Below, piece by piece: positions 17,949 through 28,165 of a stretch of DNA of 64,000 nucleotides. Below the pieces are notes generated by a model. That model was not told where the DNA came from. It saw only the letters and a list, made by a program, of their open reading frames with translations, and did no database searches. This stretch comes from a virus, in IMG/VR virus record IMGVR_UViG_3300014501_000013, positions 1 to 64,000 of that record; one strand, given 5' to 3'. A program made the position numbers and the translations under genes. Position 1 is the first letter of the stretch, and each line of letters begins with the position of its first letter.

Positions 17949-18665
17949 ATGAACGCCACAGCGAAGCCGCAGGATCGCGTTCGGGGTCAAATGGACATAC
18001 CATTGTCGCCGCAGGGCGAAGCCGAGAGCGACCACCTCGGACGGCGCATCGCTGCAAAGGGTGGGATCGATTCCATCGTGGCCTCGCCGATGACTCGGGC
18101 GCAGCAGACCGTAGCCGCCGTGCTCAAGCACAATCCGCAGGCAAAGTTTCTCGGTTCGGCGCAGCAGGCACTCCCCTGGAACCAGGGTGTCGTCACCGGG
18201 CAACCGATCAGTCAGGCCCAGCCGATCATCCAGCAGGCCGCCGACCATCCAGAGACCCCAATCCCAGGAGGCGAGTCCGTCGATCAGGTGGACAACCGCA
18301 GCGGCCAGTTCGTCCACCAGCAACTGCATTCCCTGAAACCCGGAGAACGCCGTTTGGTGCTCGCGCACCACTCCCAGATGCGGTACCTTCACGGATGGGA
18401 GAAAAAGGGGTTTCCGCCCGACATGAGCGCCGATCCAAAGGAAATGGCGACTCGCGCCGACAAAGCGAAGCCCGCCGGTTCGCTAATTCGTCTGGCGAAG
18501 GGCAAAGACGGCAAGCCCATGCTCCACGAGAACCCGATAGACAGCGATGAACCGATTCACGCCGGGCTGAATTTCGCCCGCCACGGGGCGACCGAGTTGA
18601 ACAAGGAATCCGGCGGCTCGCGCCTCTCCGCACTGTCGCCGAAGTCAAAGGCCCCCTTAAGCTGA
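17949..18665 (+). CDS. Histidine phosphatase (phosphoglycerate-mutase fold), circularly permuted
   Basis: RG..DIPLS.QG, SPMTRAQQT, PGGES, LVLAHH; catalytic RHGAT.LN found only at the C-terminus (18579). Confidence 0.8.
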   Translation: MNATAKPQDRVRGQMDIPLSPQGEAESDHLGRRIAAKGGIDSIVASPMTRAQQTVAAVLKHNPQAKFLGSAQQALPWNQGVVTGQPISQAQPIIQQAADHPETPIPGGESVDQVDNRSGQFVHQQLHSLKPGERRLVLAHHSQMRYLHGWEKKGFPPDMSADPKEMATRADKAKPAGSLIRLAKGKDGKPMLHENPIDSDEPIHAGLNFARHGATELNKESGGSRLSALSPKSKAPLS

Positions 18666-19768
18666 TGGCCTCGCCTAAAAAGACAGGGATAGATCGGGCT
18701 AAAAAGTCAGAGATCGAGACTCGTTTAATGAACGAAATTCCATCGAACGCCGAAGTGGTTATCGAGAAGCTGATTTATGGCGACGGGGATACGTATAACT
18801 ATGTGCGAGCCTATATATTCAGCGGAAATTATCCGCGCTGGAATTGCCTTGTGCTGAATTACGCAACGCCTGATCCATTGACGGCGGCGTTCCCACGTCT
18901 AAAGGATGCACGCCGCTGGATCGCCGCGATACTGAGGAAAGCGAGACGATAAAATGGCCAAGCGCTACTTTTTCTCGCAGCATCACGCGAACTGGCCCGC
19001 CAAGCTCACCGTGCCTGAAGGCCACGAGGTTACGATCAACCATCCCTCGACGCGAACGCAAACCGCGCATCGCAACGAAGAGGGCGAGATATTGCTTCCG
19101 AAGGGCAGCCATATCATCGGGTTACGCCACATTGCGACCGGCAACGAACTGATGCCCGTGGCAAAGCCGTTGAATACGGTGCCGCTGGAGGTCCCGAAAT
19201 GAAACGCCTGATGTGCAGACTTGGATTCCACAAGCTTCACGCCTATAACGAAAATACGATCCACATCTGCATTCGTTGTTCCTACTGCGCCGAGTGGGGC
19301 TGTAAGGTGAGCATTCATAACAATGCCTGACTCCCGCAGTCAGGTTCGCTGGGCCCATTCGGTTCTGGAAAATCAGGCCAATGGCGACAAGTCTTTCGCC
19401 AAGGAAGTAGTGCGCGGTATGCACGGGCGAAAGATGGCCTCGCTGCCGGACCACACGAAAAAGCCCTCGATTCTCGGCAGACTCAGAAAGAAATAATGGC
19501 ATTCAACTTCAAGGCTCCGAATCCATCAAAGTTCATCGCCAAGCCATTCAACATCGGCGCCGACATCGGCCACCTTGAGAAATTTCGACCCCTCGGTCAA
19601 AGTATCGGGATTGGGCTTGATAAGGCATCGCGTGCCGAGGGCGGTCCAGCCAATCCGCTCTCGACCGACCCGCTTGGCAACCCGTCGATCATCAAGCGGC
19701 TTTCGTTCAAGAACCGCATGAACCTGCGACCGAAGTTGGCGACACCGCCAAAGATCAAGCCCGTCTAA
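18665..19768 (+). CDS. Small hypothetical genes (18665-18952, 18954-19202, 19323-19496, 19496-19768)
   Basis: Coupled ORFs; 19323-19496 hand-translated as MPDSRSQVRWAH...LPDHTKK. Confidence 0.55.
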
Positions 19769-21858
19769 TGGCCAAGCAGCAAGCACAGCCGCGCGTCGTT
19801 CTCCTGACCGGCAAGCAGATCCGCGCGGTCAACCCGAACAAGTACACAGGGCCGTTCCGCGCGGTTTGGTGTGCCGAGCACCACTTTACGGGCCCGTGGC
19901 CTTGCGATTGCCCTTCTGGTCCCCAGACCCAGGCGTGGAACAGTGATGCCGACGAGATTGGGCTCGGCGGCACGCGCGGTTCAGCGAAGACGCACCTAAT
20001 GCTTGCTTGGATGGCGTTCCGAGGCAACCCGAGAAAATTGAATAAGCTTCTCGCTGAAGGCAAACAACCTGAAGGCGCCGACGTGATGTACATCAACCAC
20101 CGCAATTTTCGCGGCTTGATGCTTCGCAATCAAGCTAACGATCTTGAGGATTTGATCGATCGTGCGGAGGAGATGTGGGGACCGACCGGCGCAATCATCA
20201 AGCGCGGCAATCCTTCGATGGCGGAATGGCGCACGGGGGCCAAGATTATCTTCGGGCACTTCGGAGACAACGGCTGGAAAAAGTACGTCGGTCCCGAGTA
20301 TCAGCGGATTGCAATTGACCAGGCTGAGATGATGGAGTCAAAGGAAATCCACGACCGCATTATCGGCTCTTGCCGCTCGAAGTGGTCAGCGTTAAAACCG
20401 CAGGCGCTGTTAACGTTCAATCCTGGCGGCGGCGACGAACTAGCGGGCGCTCCCGGCCAAGCGTGGTTGATGGACTATTTTTACATCGAGGATTACGAGC
20501 GCGGTGAGAAACTAAAGCGCGGAGATTACGTTATCGATGAACATGGCAAGTACCACACGTTCATCATGTCGAAGTGGAGCGATAACCCGTACTTGTGTCA
20601 CTACGTTGAATACGACGCGCCCTACGATGCCGCGACGGGAACCGGCGGAAACGTCACCGTCTACAAGCCGAATGAAGGACCATACGTCAAGTGGCTGAAC
20701 TCGATCGAGCCCGAATCGCTGCGCGCCGCGTGGCGCGACGGCAACTGGCACGCGCTCTCCGGCGCTTACTTCCGCGACTTTCGTCCAAATGGACCGCTGG
20801 TAGGTGAAGAGAAGTACAATGCCAATCACGTCTACGACCCGTCCAAAGTAAAACTCGAATCGTGGTTCCACCGCTGGATGGCTATTGACTGGGGCTATAT
20901 CCATCCGAGTGCGTTGGGGTGGTTCTGCAAATCTCCATGGGGCCAGACGTATCTGGAAAAAGAAATTTGCCTCAATCGCGTTGAGCCCTTCGAACTCGGC
21001 ATCCTGATCGCACGTGAATCCAAGGCTGCGCTTGCGGGAGTCGAATCGCACCAGATGGTGATCTACCTATCGCCTGACGCTTACGCAAAGCGCGAGAGTG
21101 AGAATACGGTGGCTTCGCAGATTGCGGCTGGGATCTCTAGCGAACTTGGTCCGCACGCGGCGTTTGTCGCCGATCTTACCGACGAAGAACGCGAGATGGA
21201 TTCGAAGGACGCGCTTGAATCGCTGAAGCGCCGGCGGCGCGAGCAATCGAATACCATGCTTACCTTGGTGCGCGCATCGACCGATCGCGTGGCGGGCTGG
21301 ATGCACATTCAGACCATGTTTAGGTTCAGACCGCTCCAGGAGCAGGCGGTCCCGGATAAGGAATTCGCCGAACAGTTGGAAATCGAGAAGGGTATCGTTG
21401 CCCGATTGCAATATGAGGCGCTCCCGGAGTTTCTTGCGGCGCGCGAAGTGCTACCGAAATTGCAGATTTCCAAGCAGGCGCGAAATCTGATTAAAATGCT
21501 TCCGATGATGATGCACCGGCCTGGGACAAATGACACAGAAAAACTTGACGCAACTGAAACTCGTCCCGGCGACGACTCCTGCGATATGCTGCGCTACGGA
21601 TGCTTTTCGGAAGAGAGGCAGGGCGCGACCGAGGCTCCGCTCGATGTTCGTGTGGGATTGCAGGTCGCTCAGATGCAGTCGCGCTACGGTGGCGGCATTT
21701 CGCATCACAGCGTTCTGATGGCGACAGAGCAGGCGCGGTGGCGCGAGCAGCATCCACTCGCGAAGAAACAGGACCTGTTCGTTGGGGCTAACAGACTTGC
21801 TGCAATTCGCGCGATGCGTTCTGCTAACTTCGGAAGGGGCAACGAAATAATTCAATGA
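19768..21858 (+). CDS. terL: Terminase large subunit
   Basis: GPQ Q-motif, Walker A GGTRGSAKT, Walker B IAIDQAE, TFNPGG, DNPYL, RAAWRDGNW, nuclease AIDWGY..P and DDSCDMLRY. Confidence 0.9.
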   Translation: MAKQQAQPRVVLLTGKQIRAVNPNKYTGPFRAVWCAEHHFTGPWPCDCPSGPQTQAWNSDADEIGLGGTRGSAKTHLMLAWMAFRGNPRKLNKLLAEGKQPEGADVMYINHRNFRGLMLRNQANDLEDLIDRAEEMWGPTGAIIKRGNPSMAEWRTGAKIIFGHFGDNGWKKYVGPEYQRIAIDQAEMMESKEIHDRIIGSCRSKWSALKPQALLTFNPGGGDELAGAPGQAWLMDYFYIEDYERGEKLKRGDYVIDEHGKYHTFIMSKWSDNPYLCHYVEYDAPYDAATGTGGNVTVYKPNEGPYVKWLNSIEPESLRAAWRDGNWHALSGAYFRDFRPNGPLVGEEKYNANHVYDPSKVKLESWFHRWMAIDWGYIHPSALGWFCKSPWGQTYLEKEICLNRVEPFELGILIARESKAALAGVESHQMVIYLSPDAYAKRESENTVASQIAAGISSELGPHAAFVADLTDEEREMDSKDALESLKRRRREQSNTMLTLVRASTDRVAGWMHIQTMFRFRPLQEQAVPDKEFAEQLEIEKGIVARLQYEALPEFLAAREVLPKLQISKQARNLIKMLPMMMHRPGTNDTEKLDATETRPGDDSCDMLRYGCFSEERQGATEAPLDVRVGLQVAQMQSRYGGGISHHSVLMATEQARWREQHPLAKKQDLFVGANRLAAIRAMRSANFGRGNEIIQ

Positions 21859-22009
21859 TCCAAGCTGGTTACTTGGCAATGGAAGTAGACATCGAGTATA
21901 CCAACGGTTGGCGCGAGACAATAACGCTACAACCGGGCGAAGATACGACTCTGCCGTTTGAAGGAAAGATTGTCGGAGCACGCCCTGTATTTCAGGAGGA
22001 AGAAGATCG

Positions 22010-22345
22010 ATGACACCATCTAGTGGGCCACCCAAAAAGGGGCTTTTGCTACTCGCCGACGACAAGAACGGTCCCCCTCCGCTCTCCTCTCCCGACGAGC
22101 CGGATGCAGACGATGTGCAGCAACCGGGCAGTCAGGGATCGTGCGCCGATTGCGTCTTCTACGACACCTCCGAGCAGAATTGCAAGCGCTATCCTGATTG
22201 GATTCCTCACGCGCCTGATGATTATTGCGGAGAGTACAAAGCAGGCAAGCCACATGATTCAGCGGGCGCTGGAGCGGCACCGCAATCTCAACCGACTTCC
22301 GCGCCGCCCTCACAAGCGGGGCCGTATACGAAACAGCAGTTCTAA
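22010..22345 (+). CDS. Hypothetical protein with a 4-Cys motif
   Basis: SCADCVFY....NCKRYP.......DYCGEY. Confidence 0.6.
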   Translation: MTPSSGPPKKGLLLLADDKNGPPPLSSPDEPDADDVQQPGSQGSCADCVFYDTSEQNCKRYPDWIPHAPDDYCGEYKAGKPHDSAGAGAAPQSQPTSAPPSQAGPYTKQQF

Positions 22346-22366
22346 CCCATAAAAAGGAGCAATAAC

Positions 22367-23665
22367 ATGACCGACGCAGAACAACTCGCACAACAGCAAC
22401 AGCAGCAGTTTCCGGGCAACCCTCTCCGGGGTGCCGCGACGCCAGCCAACATGACCGACGCAGAACAACTCGCACAACAGCAACAGCAGTTTCCGCGCGC
22501 CAACCCTAATCTGGTGGCTCAAAAGCAAGTCGGCATGACTGACGCAAACCAACTCGCCCAGCAGTTCCCGCGCGCCATGAACAGCCCGCCTCTCGTTCCG
22601 GGGCCGAGCCCGTTCAAAGAGACAAAGGACTGGGATCAACACAAGGCCGCCTACGAGCAGAAGTCCCGCGATAGCATCAAGGACGGCTTCCGCTATTCGG
22701 CGCGCGTTACGTTCATCAGCCGCTTTGGCGCCGGAATCGCCAAGCGCTTCAAGGGTGACGCCACGACCACACGCCAGGCGTCCAACTCGCAAGCACCTTT
22801 TACCAACAACGTCCCTTCGGACCCGAACGCCCGTGGGCAGCAAGGTTTCCCTTCCCCGGACGTGAACGCCGTCCCGATTGTCGCGCCTCCTCCCTATGCC
22901 GCGACTGATGCCGGGGCCACGCCGAATGAAGCGAGTTCAAACGTTCCCCGAAACCCGCAGTTCCAGAACCAGCCACTCCAGGGACAGCAGTACGGCGAGC
23001 AACTCGGCCAAGGCTCCGTTGACCACTTCGCCGGGTCCGCCGTCACGCCGATACTCAATAACACATTCGTAATTGCGCGCGGGTTCAACGATGCCGCCGA
23101 GTTGCTGGCGTGGTTCAATGCTCCGTTCGGCGATAACGTCGGGCCGCATCAAGATCGGGCATACGTTTCGCCGCGCACTGTCGCTGCCAAAGAACCGGCC
23201 ATCACCGCGAGCGCAGTCTCTTTCGTGGTGCATGACCGTCTCCGAACTGGCGATCAGGGCAGCACGCTTACCGAGAAGACAGGTGACCCGGCAATCTGGG
23301 AACCGTGGCTCGATGAGGGCACGGTAGAGGAACACGCCCGCAGCCAATTCCTGAAGGATGCGCGCGTAGATCTCACCAAGCCTATGTGGGACACTTCGTC
23401 CGCACAAAGGCCTAACCTTGGCCAGGAAGTCGGGCAGCAGACCGGATACGCCCAGGGTCAGGGTCCGAATTACCAGGGTACTCAGAATTACCAGGGACGG
23501 AAAGACCCGAATTACCAGGCCGCTAACGCTCCGAATCTCCAGGGCGTGAACGACCCAAGTGTCTATCCGAAGCGGATGACCAAGAAGGACGGCGAAACTA
23601 AAATCGTCAACGAAGCTTCCGGAGAAGCCGCCGCGCAGGCAGAGGGGCACTCCGTAGTCGCGTGA
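22367..23665 (+). CDS. Q/P/N-rich protein with three N-terminal MTDAxQLAQQ repeats
   Basis: AAGGAG SD; direct repeats at about 22364-22413 and 22448-22495 plus a degenerate third copy. Confidence 0.75.
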   Translation: MTDAEQLAQQQQQQFPGNPLRGAATPANMTDAEQLAQQQQQFPRANPNLVAQKQVGMTDANQLAQQFPRAMNSPPLVPGPSPFKETKDWDQHKAAYEQKSRDSIKDGFRYSARVTFISRFGAGIAKRFKGDATTTRQASNSQAPFTNNVPSDPNARGQQGFPSPDVNAVPIVAPPPYAATDAGATPNEASSNVPRNPQFQNQPLQGQQYGEQLGQGSVDHFAGSAVTPILNNTFVIARGFNDAAELLAWFNAPFGDNVGPHQDRAYVSPRTVAAKEPAITASAVSFVVHDRLRTGDQGSTLTEKTGDPAIWEPWLDEGTVEEHARSQFLKDARVDLTKPMWDTSSAQRPNLGQEVGQQTGYAQGQGPNYQGTQNYQGRKDPNYQAANAPNLQGVNDPSVYPKRMTKKDGETKIVNEASGEAAAQAEGHSVVA

Positions 23666-24021
23666 CCTGGACCCAAACCTTCCTGCTCCTGTTCGCCGAC
23701 TACCGCGATGCGCTCGATCGCGTAACGAAGGCGGAAGATGAAGCGCGGTTCGAACGGGGCCGCGCTGATTCGCTCGCGGAGCAACTTGCGACCACTCAGA
23801 AGGACGCACTGGAACGCGAGCGCGTCATCGCCGACCGCATGATGGCTATCAAGCACGGGCCGCGCTCGGTGCTGACCAACGAGCAGATATCCCAAGCGGC
23901 ATTGACGCAGGAACCAAGGAAAACGCCGAATCCCGTGACCGACGTGCGGGAGTGGCAGCAGGCTCAGACCATGAGCACACTGAACACCTTCGACAAGTTC
24001 GACAGAAAAGTGAATGGATAG
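23662..24021 (+). CDS. Coiled-coil protein upstream of the portal
   Basis: GTGA coupling; heptad character. Confidence 0.65.
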   Translation: MTWTQTFLLLFADYRDALDRVTKAEDEARFERGRADSLAEQLATTQKDALERERVIADRMMAIKHGPRSVLTNEQISQAALTQEPRKTPNPVTDVREWQQAQTMSTLNTFDKFDRKVNG

Positions 24022-26542
24022 CGCTCTCCTCCAACTGATCGATTGCGATCCGGCGCTCAAGCAGGTTGACGCCACAGGCGCCGCTCCGCTCGACAAGATC
24101 ATCACCGCCGTGGAAACGATGCTCAAGGACTCGGTGGACGCCAACTATCAGGGCGAGCGTGTGCTTCAGCTTTTGCGCCTGGAACGCGCCGACAACTTCT
24201 ATCGCGGTATTCAGAATATCGCGCCAACGATGGATGGACAAACCGGTGCAATCGGCTGGACGCAATTCGGGCCAACGGCCGGAAAAATGGGTGACCCTCA
24301 GACCCAAGCGCGCGCTTTCGATTACAACCCGCGGCTCACCAAATCCTACGGCGATAAGTTCATCGCGGTTCTTGGGCAGCGGCCCTTTTACAACTCAACC
24401 GCCGAACCAATTGACGAAAACAAAGAGCAAGATCGCCGTGGCGCGAGACAAGTGAATCTGCTGATCCAAATGCTGAGCGGCCAACTGGATCTCAAGACTC
24501 TCAACAAGCAACTCTGCTACATCCTCTACAAAAACGGAACGGCCATCGGGCAGGCGAAGCCCGTTGTGGACGCGAAGCGCTTCGGCACGCACGATATCCC
24601 GAACCTGATCCCGCACACAACTTGCCTCGGTTGCGGTGATACAGCACCCAATACTTCGCCTGATACGCAAACGCCGCAGACGTGTCCCGGATGTGGAGGG
24701 CCACTCGCGAACACAGCCGCGCCTGACCCCACACAACCTGTGCTGAGCATTCCGCAGCGCAGCGTAGATTTGGAACTTTTTAGCGGCTACACTCACACAT
24801 GGCCCTTTAGCGTGAAGTTCCAAACCGGCGCGCTCCGCTACTCGCCGTGGGTGGTTGCCAAGTCGGGGAAAGACCGAGGCGCAATCCTCAAGGACTATCC
24901 GCAAGCGCGCAAGATCGTAGGGATGGGTACGAACACCCAGTACGGTTCCGGTTCGCCTGATGATGCGACCGCCGCTGTGGTTCAGGCTTCCGCGCAATCG
25001 CAGACCGGCACAATCCGTTCGCGCAACCTGAATGTTTGGACTGAAGCACTCTACGACATCGATGCTTCGCAAATCGAGTTGATAGACGATGACGCCACGC
25101 GGATGCTGGTCAAGCAGTACTTCTCCGAGGGCATCTTTTGCGTTCAGATTGAGGGGAAGACCGTCGCGATTCACAATCAGGACTATCGCAAGAAGCTCAC
25201 CGTCTGTACGCCGGCCATGTCGGACTATCTTTTCACCGATGGTGGCTGCTGGGGCATGTTGGGGCTCGAAGATTTTTACTCCAACATGCTAAACATCATC
25301 GCCGAAACACTCGAAACCGGCATCATGCGGTTCATTGTTAACGAGGAATACGTTTCTGGTGACGATTTGAACCGAAATCGCTACTCGCCGAACCGTTTTG
25401 TCAGCGCGGTCCCCAAATACGGCGATAATTTGCAGAACGCCGTTGTCCCGCTACCGACTTCCGACTATCCGCAGCAGATCACCGAGGTCTTTGGCATCAT
25501 TGATGGACTGATTCAGAACATTTTGGGGCTCCTGCCGCAAGTTTACGGCCAGATGCCTGGAAACTTGACCCTAGGGCAGGCCCGGATGATGTTAAACCAG
25601 GGCTTGATGCAACTCGGGACCGTCGCGGAGCTGATTTCGAGCTTCTGGGAGGCTTCCTGGACCAATCTGGTCAAGATGTACTGCGAAATAGCGCTCACTA
25701 ACCCGGAATTTCAGGGCCAGAGCATCGATTTGGACCTGATCCGATCGAGCGGCTGGATGGTCAAGAGCGATACCGCAATTCCGCGTTCTTTTGCCGAGCG
25801 CGTCGAGTCACTGCGGGCACTTTTACAGGAAACGCCGCAGTTGGCCGACACTTTGAAGATCACCACTGCTGCAAACGCCGGGAAATTGCGCCAGTACATG
25901 GATCTTCCGGACTTCGAGGACCCCGACGAGGAGGCGATGGACGCCCTCAACGAAATCATCGATCAATTGTGGCAAGCAGCTCCGATGCCGCCTCCTCCGC
26001 CTCAACCTGGACCGCCAGATCCAATTACCGGGATGCCAACACCACCGCCGCCGCCTCCGCCACCGGAGCCATCGATCCCGTTCAACCAAATGCTGTTCGA
26101 TCCGAACATGACGATGCAATTGTGCCGCATGTCGATGCTCAAGGCGATGTTGAAGCCGACCGCGCAGCGCAGTCAGGACAGTCCTGGCTTCCAGAACCTG
26201 GGCGCGTTCTTCTCGCAGGCGCAGCAAGCCGCCGCCCCGCCGCCGCCACCGCCTCCGCAGCCTAAGATGACCTTTACGGCGAAGATTCCGGATCTCACGC
26301 CGGAACAGGAAGGCGCGGTGCTGAACGATTTCGGGGTAACCGTACCGCCGCCGCATCCGGGAGCGATCCAGGCGCGCGCACAGGACAAGATGAACGAACA
26401 AGCTTCGAGTGCTCCTCCCGGCAGTACTTCTCCTGGAGGACCGGGACTTCCTCCCCCCGGTCCTCCAAATTTGTCCATGCCGAGTGGAATTATGCAACCC
26501 GGAACGCCTGCAATGCCCAATCCGATGGGGCCAATTCAATAA
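24014..26542 (+). CDS. Portal protein (P22-like), with Zn-ribbon insert and Pro-rich tail
   Basis: Position after TerL; 842 aa; FYRGIQ, YNPRLTKSYGDKFIAVL, GLLPQVYGQ...TLGQARM pattern. Confidence 0.75.
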   Translation: MDSALLQLIDCDPALKQVDATGAAPLDKIITAVETMLKDSVDANYQGERVLQLLRLERADNFYRGIQNIAPTMDGQTGAIGWTQFGPTAGKMGDPQTQARAFDYNPRLTKSYGDKFIAVLGQRPFYNSTAEPIDENKEQDRRGARQVNLLIQMLSGQLDLKTLNKQLCYILYKNGTAIGQAKPVVDAKRFGTHDIPNLIPHTTCLGCGDTAPNTSPDTQTPQTCPGCGGPLANTAAPDPTQPVLSIPQRSVDLELFSGYTHTWPFSVKFQTGALRYSPWVVAKSGKDRGAILKDYPQARKIVGMGTNTQYGSGSPDDATAAVVQASAQSQTGTIRSRNLNVWTEALYDIDASQIELIDDDATRMLVKQYFSEGIFCVQIEGKTVAIHNQDYRKKLTVCTPAMSDYLFTDGGCWGMLGLEDFYSNMLNIIAETLETGIMRFIVNEEYVSGDDLNRNRYSPNRFVSAVPKYGDNLQNAVVPLPTSDYPQQITEVFGIIDGLIQNILGLLPQVYGQMPGNLTLGQARMMLNQGLMQLGTVAELISSFWEASWTNLVKMYCEIALTNPEFQGQSIDLDLIRSSGWMVKSDTAIPRSFAERVESLRALLQETPQLADTLKITTAANAGKLRQYMDLPDFEDPDEEAMDALNEIIDQLWQAAPMPPPPPQPGPPDPITGMPTPPPPPPPPEPSIPFNQMLFDPNMTMQLCRMSMLKAMLKPTAQRSQDSPGFQNLGAFFSQAQQAAAPPPPPPPQPKMTFTAKIPDLTPEQEGAVLNDFGVTVPPPHPGAIQARAQDKMNEQASSAPPGSTSPGGPGLPPPGPPNLSMPSGIMQPGTPAMPNPMGPIQ

Positions 26543-26551
26543 AGGAAAAAC

Positions 26552-27997
26552 ATGGCAACTGAAGCAATTCCGATCACCAGCGCGCCAGCCCCTGTGGCTC
26601 CAGCGCCAGCAGCGCCAGCGTCTACGCCCGCCGCAACTCCAGGACAAAGCCTCGCTGATCTCGTCCGAGAGTCCATTGTCCCGCTGAACACGGAGGCTGC
26701 GCCAGTTGATGGCGGTACTCCGGCGACACCAGCACCCGATGGCCAGCAAGCCGCGCCAGCGCTTGAGCCGATGGTTCTGCCTGATGATGGGGTTGCCCCT
26801 CCTGCTACCGCGGCGCCAGCGGTTGCCGACCCAAACGCACCGGCGGTTGAGGAACCACTCGACTTCACAGGCGAGTCACTAGAACCGGACAGCGTGGACG
26901 CCGATGGCAAGCGCATGTTCACAACGCCCACTAAATGGGCGAAGTTCCAGAACGCAGCTAAGTTCGTAAATGCGCTCCAGGAGGTGATGCCGCAAGTCAC
27001 CCCGTCCACCGTTATCGACGCAGTGAAGCGCGCAGGGGCAGCCGATGCCCTAATGACGAAGTATCAGTTGGGCGCCTCTAACCCGTCGGATGTGAATGAC
27101 GTTCTCGATCTATTTACCGGCGAGATTGAGGTTAACGGCGTTAAGCAGCAGCCTACCCCGGTCGAGCGGCAGGCCTTTGGTGCGCTAGTACTTAATGCCT
27201 TGGATCGGCTCCAGCGCATCAACCCGCAGGCCATGCAGGGCGTCTACCGCGTCCACAACCAGCAGACCGTGGAAGGGTTGCGCGCCCGCGCTCGCGCGCT
27301 TCCTGATGGCCCCGAACGTGAGCAGAAGATCGCCTTGGCGCTTCGTTTTGAGCAGGAAGTGTTCGGAAAGTTCACCCCGCGAGACCAGTGGCTTCAGGCG
27401 CAGCCTACGGACCCTATCGAGCAGCAGCGTCAGCAGATTGCGCGTGAACGGCAAACCCTCGTAACCCAACAGCAGGAATGGCAGCGAACGCAATACGGTC
27501 AACTCGTTGCTAGCGTAGGCGAAGCGCAAGAAGCAGCGCGTCAGGAACCGATAAACCAACTCCTTGACAGGTTCAAGGATAACCCAATCGGCCAAAAGTT
27601 CCGTTCGCAAATGCACGGCGAATTGTTGCAGGCGGTCCAGGATACCGAGATCGCGCATCCGGAATGGGCTTATCAACACCAGACGCTCGAACAGCAGGCG
27701 TTGATGCAGCCCACGCCCCAGAACATACAGGCTTTGAACGATTACCGACGGAATATCTCGAAGCGCGTTGTCGCGGCGAATGCCAAGGCCGTGATCGAGA
27801 AATACAATTCCATCGCACTACAGAACAACCAAGCGGACAAGGACCGCGCCCTTAGGCCGATTGTTAATACGCCATCCCCGAATGGGGCAACAACCCAGGC
27901 TCCGAATGGAGCTATGGAAAGCGTCATGAAGCAACCGGACCTGAAGAACGCGATTCGGGAAACCATCCGGCAGACCGCTGCTGGCGTCCGCTTGTAA
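26552..27997 (+). CDS. Capsid scaffolding protein
   Basis: A/P-rich acidic N-terminus, coiled coil, position between portal and capsid. Confidence 0.65.
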   Translation: MATEAIPITSAPAPVAPAPAAPASTPAATPGQSLADLVRESIVPLNTEAAPVDGGTPATPAPDGQQAAPALEPMVLPDDGVAPPATAAPAVADPNAPAVEEPLDFTGESLEPDSVDADGKRMFTTPTKWAKFQNAAKFVNALQEVMPQVTPSTVIDAVKRAGAADALMTKYQLGASNPSDVNDVLDLFTGEIEVNGVKQQPTPVERQAFGALVLNALDRLQRINPQAMQGVYRVHNQQTVEGLRARARALPDGPEREQKIALALRFEQEVFGKFTPRDQWLQAQPTDPIEQQRQQIARERQTLVTQQQEWQRTQYGQLVASVGEAQEAARQEPINQLLDRFKDNPIGQKFRSQMHGELLQAVQDTEIAHPEWAYQHQTLEQQALMQPTPQNIQALNDYRRNISKRVVAANAKAVIEKYNSIALQNNQADKDRALRPIVNTPSPNGATTQAPNGAMESVMKQPDLKNAIRETIRQTAAGVRL

Positions 27998-28165
27998 CTC
28001 GACTCAAACAGGCAAGATCACCCGTAACGACCGACGCACTAATCGTGGCACTCGCCGCAATGGCGAGTTTGCCGGATCTCTCGCGCAATGCTTGAGATCG
28101 CGCGCCCGATTGTCCACGTCCTAACGAGTTTCTGGTGTTCGCCATTCCAACAGGAGAATCTCATC

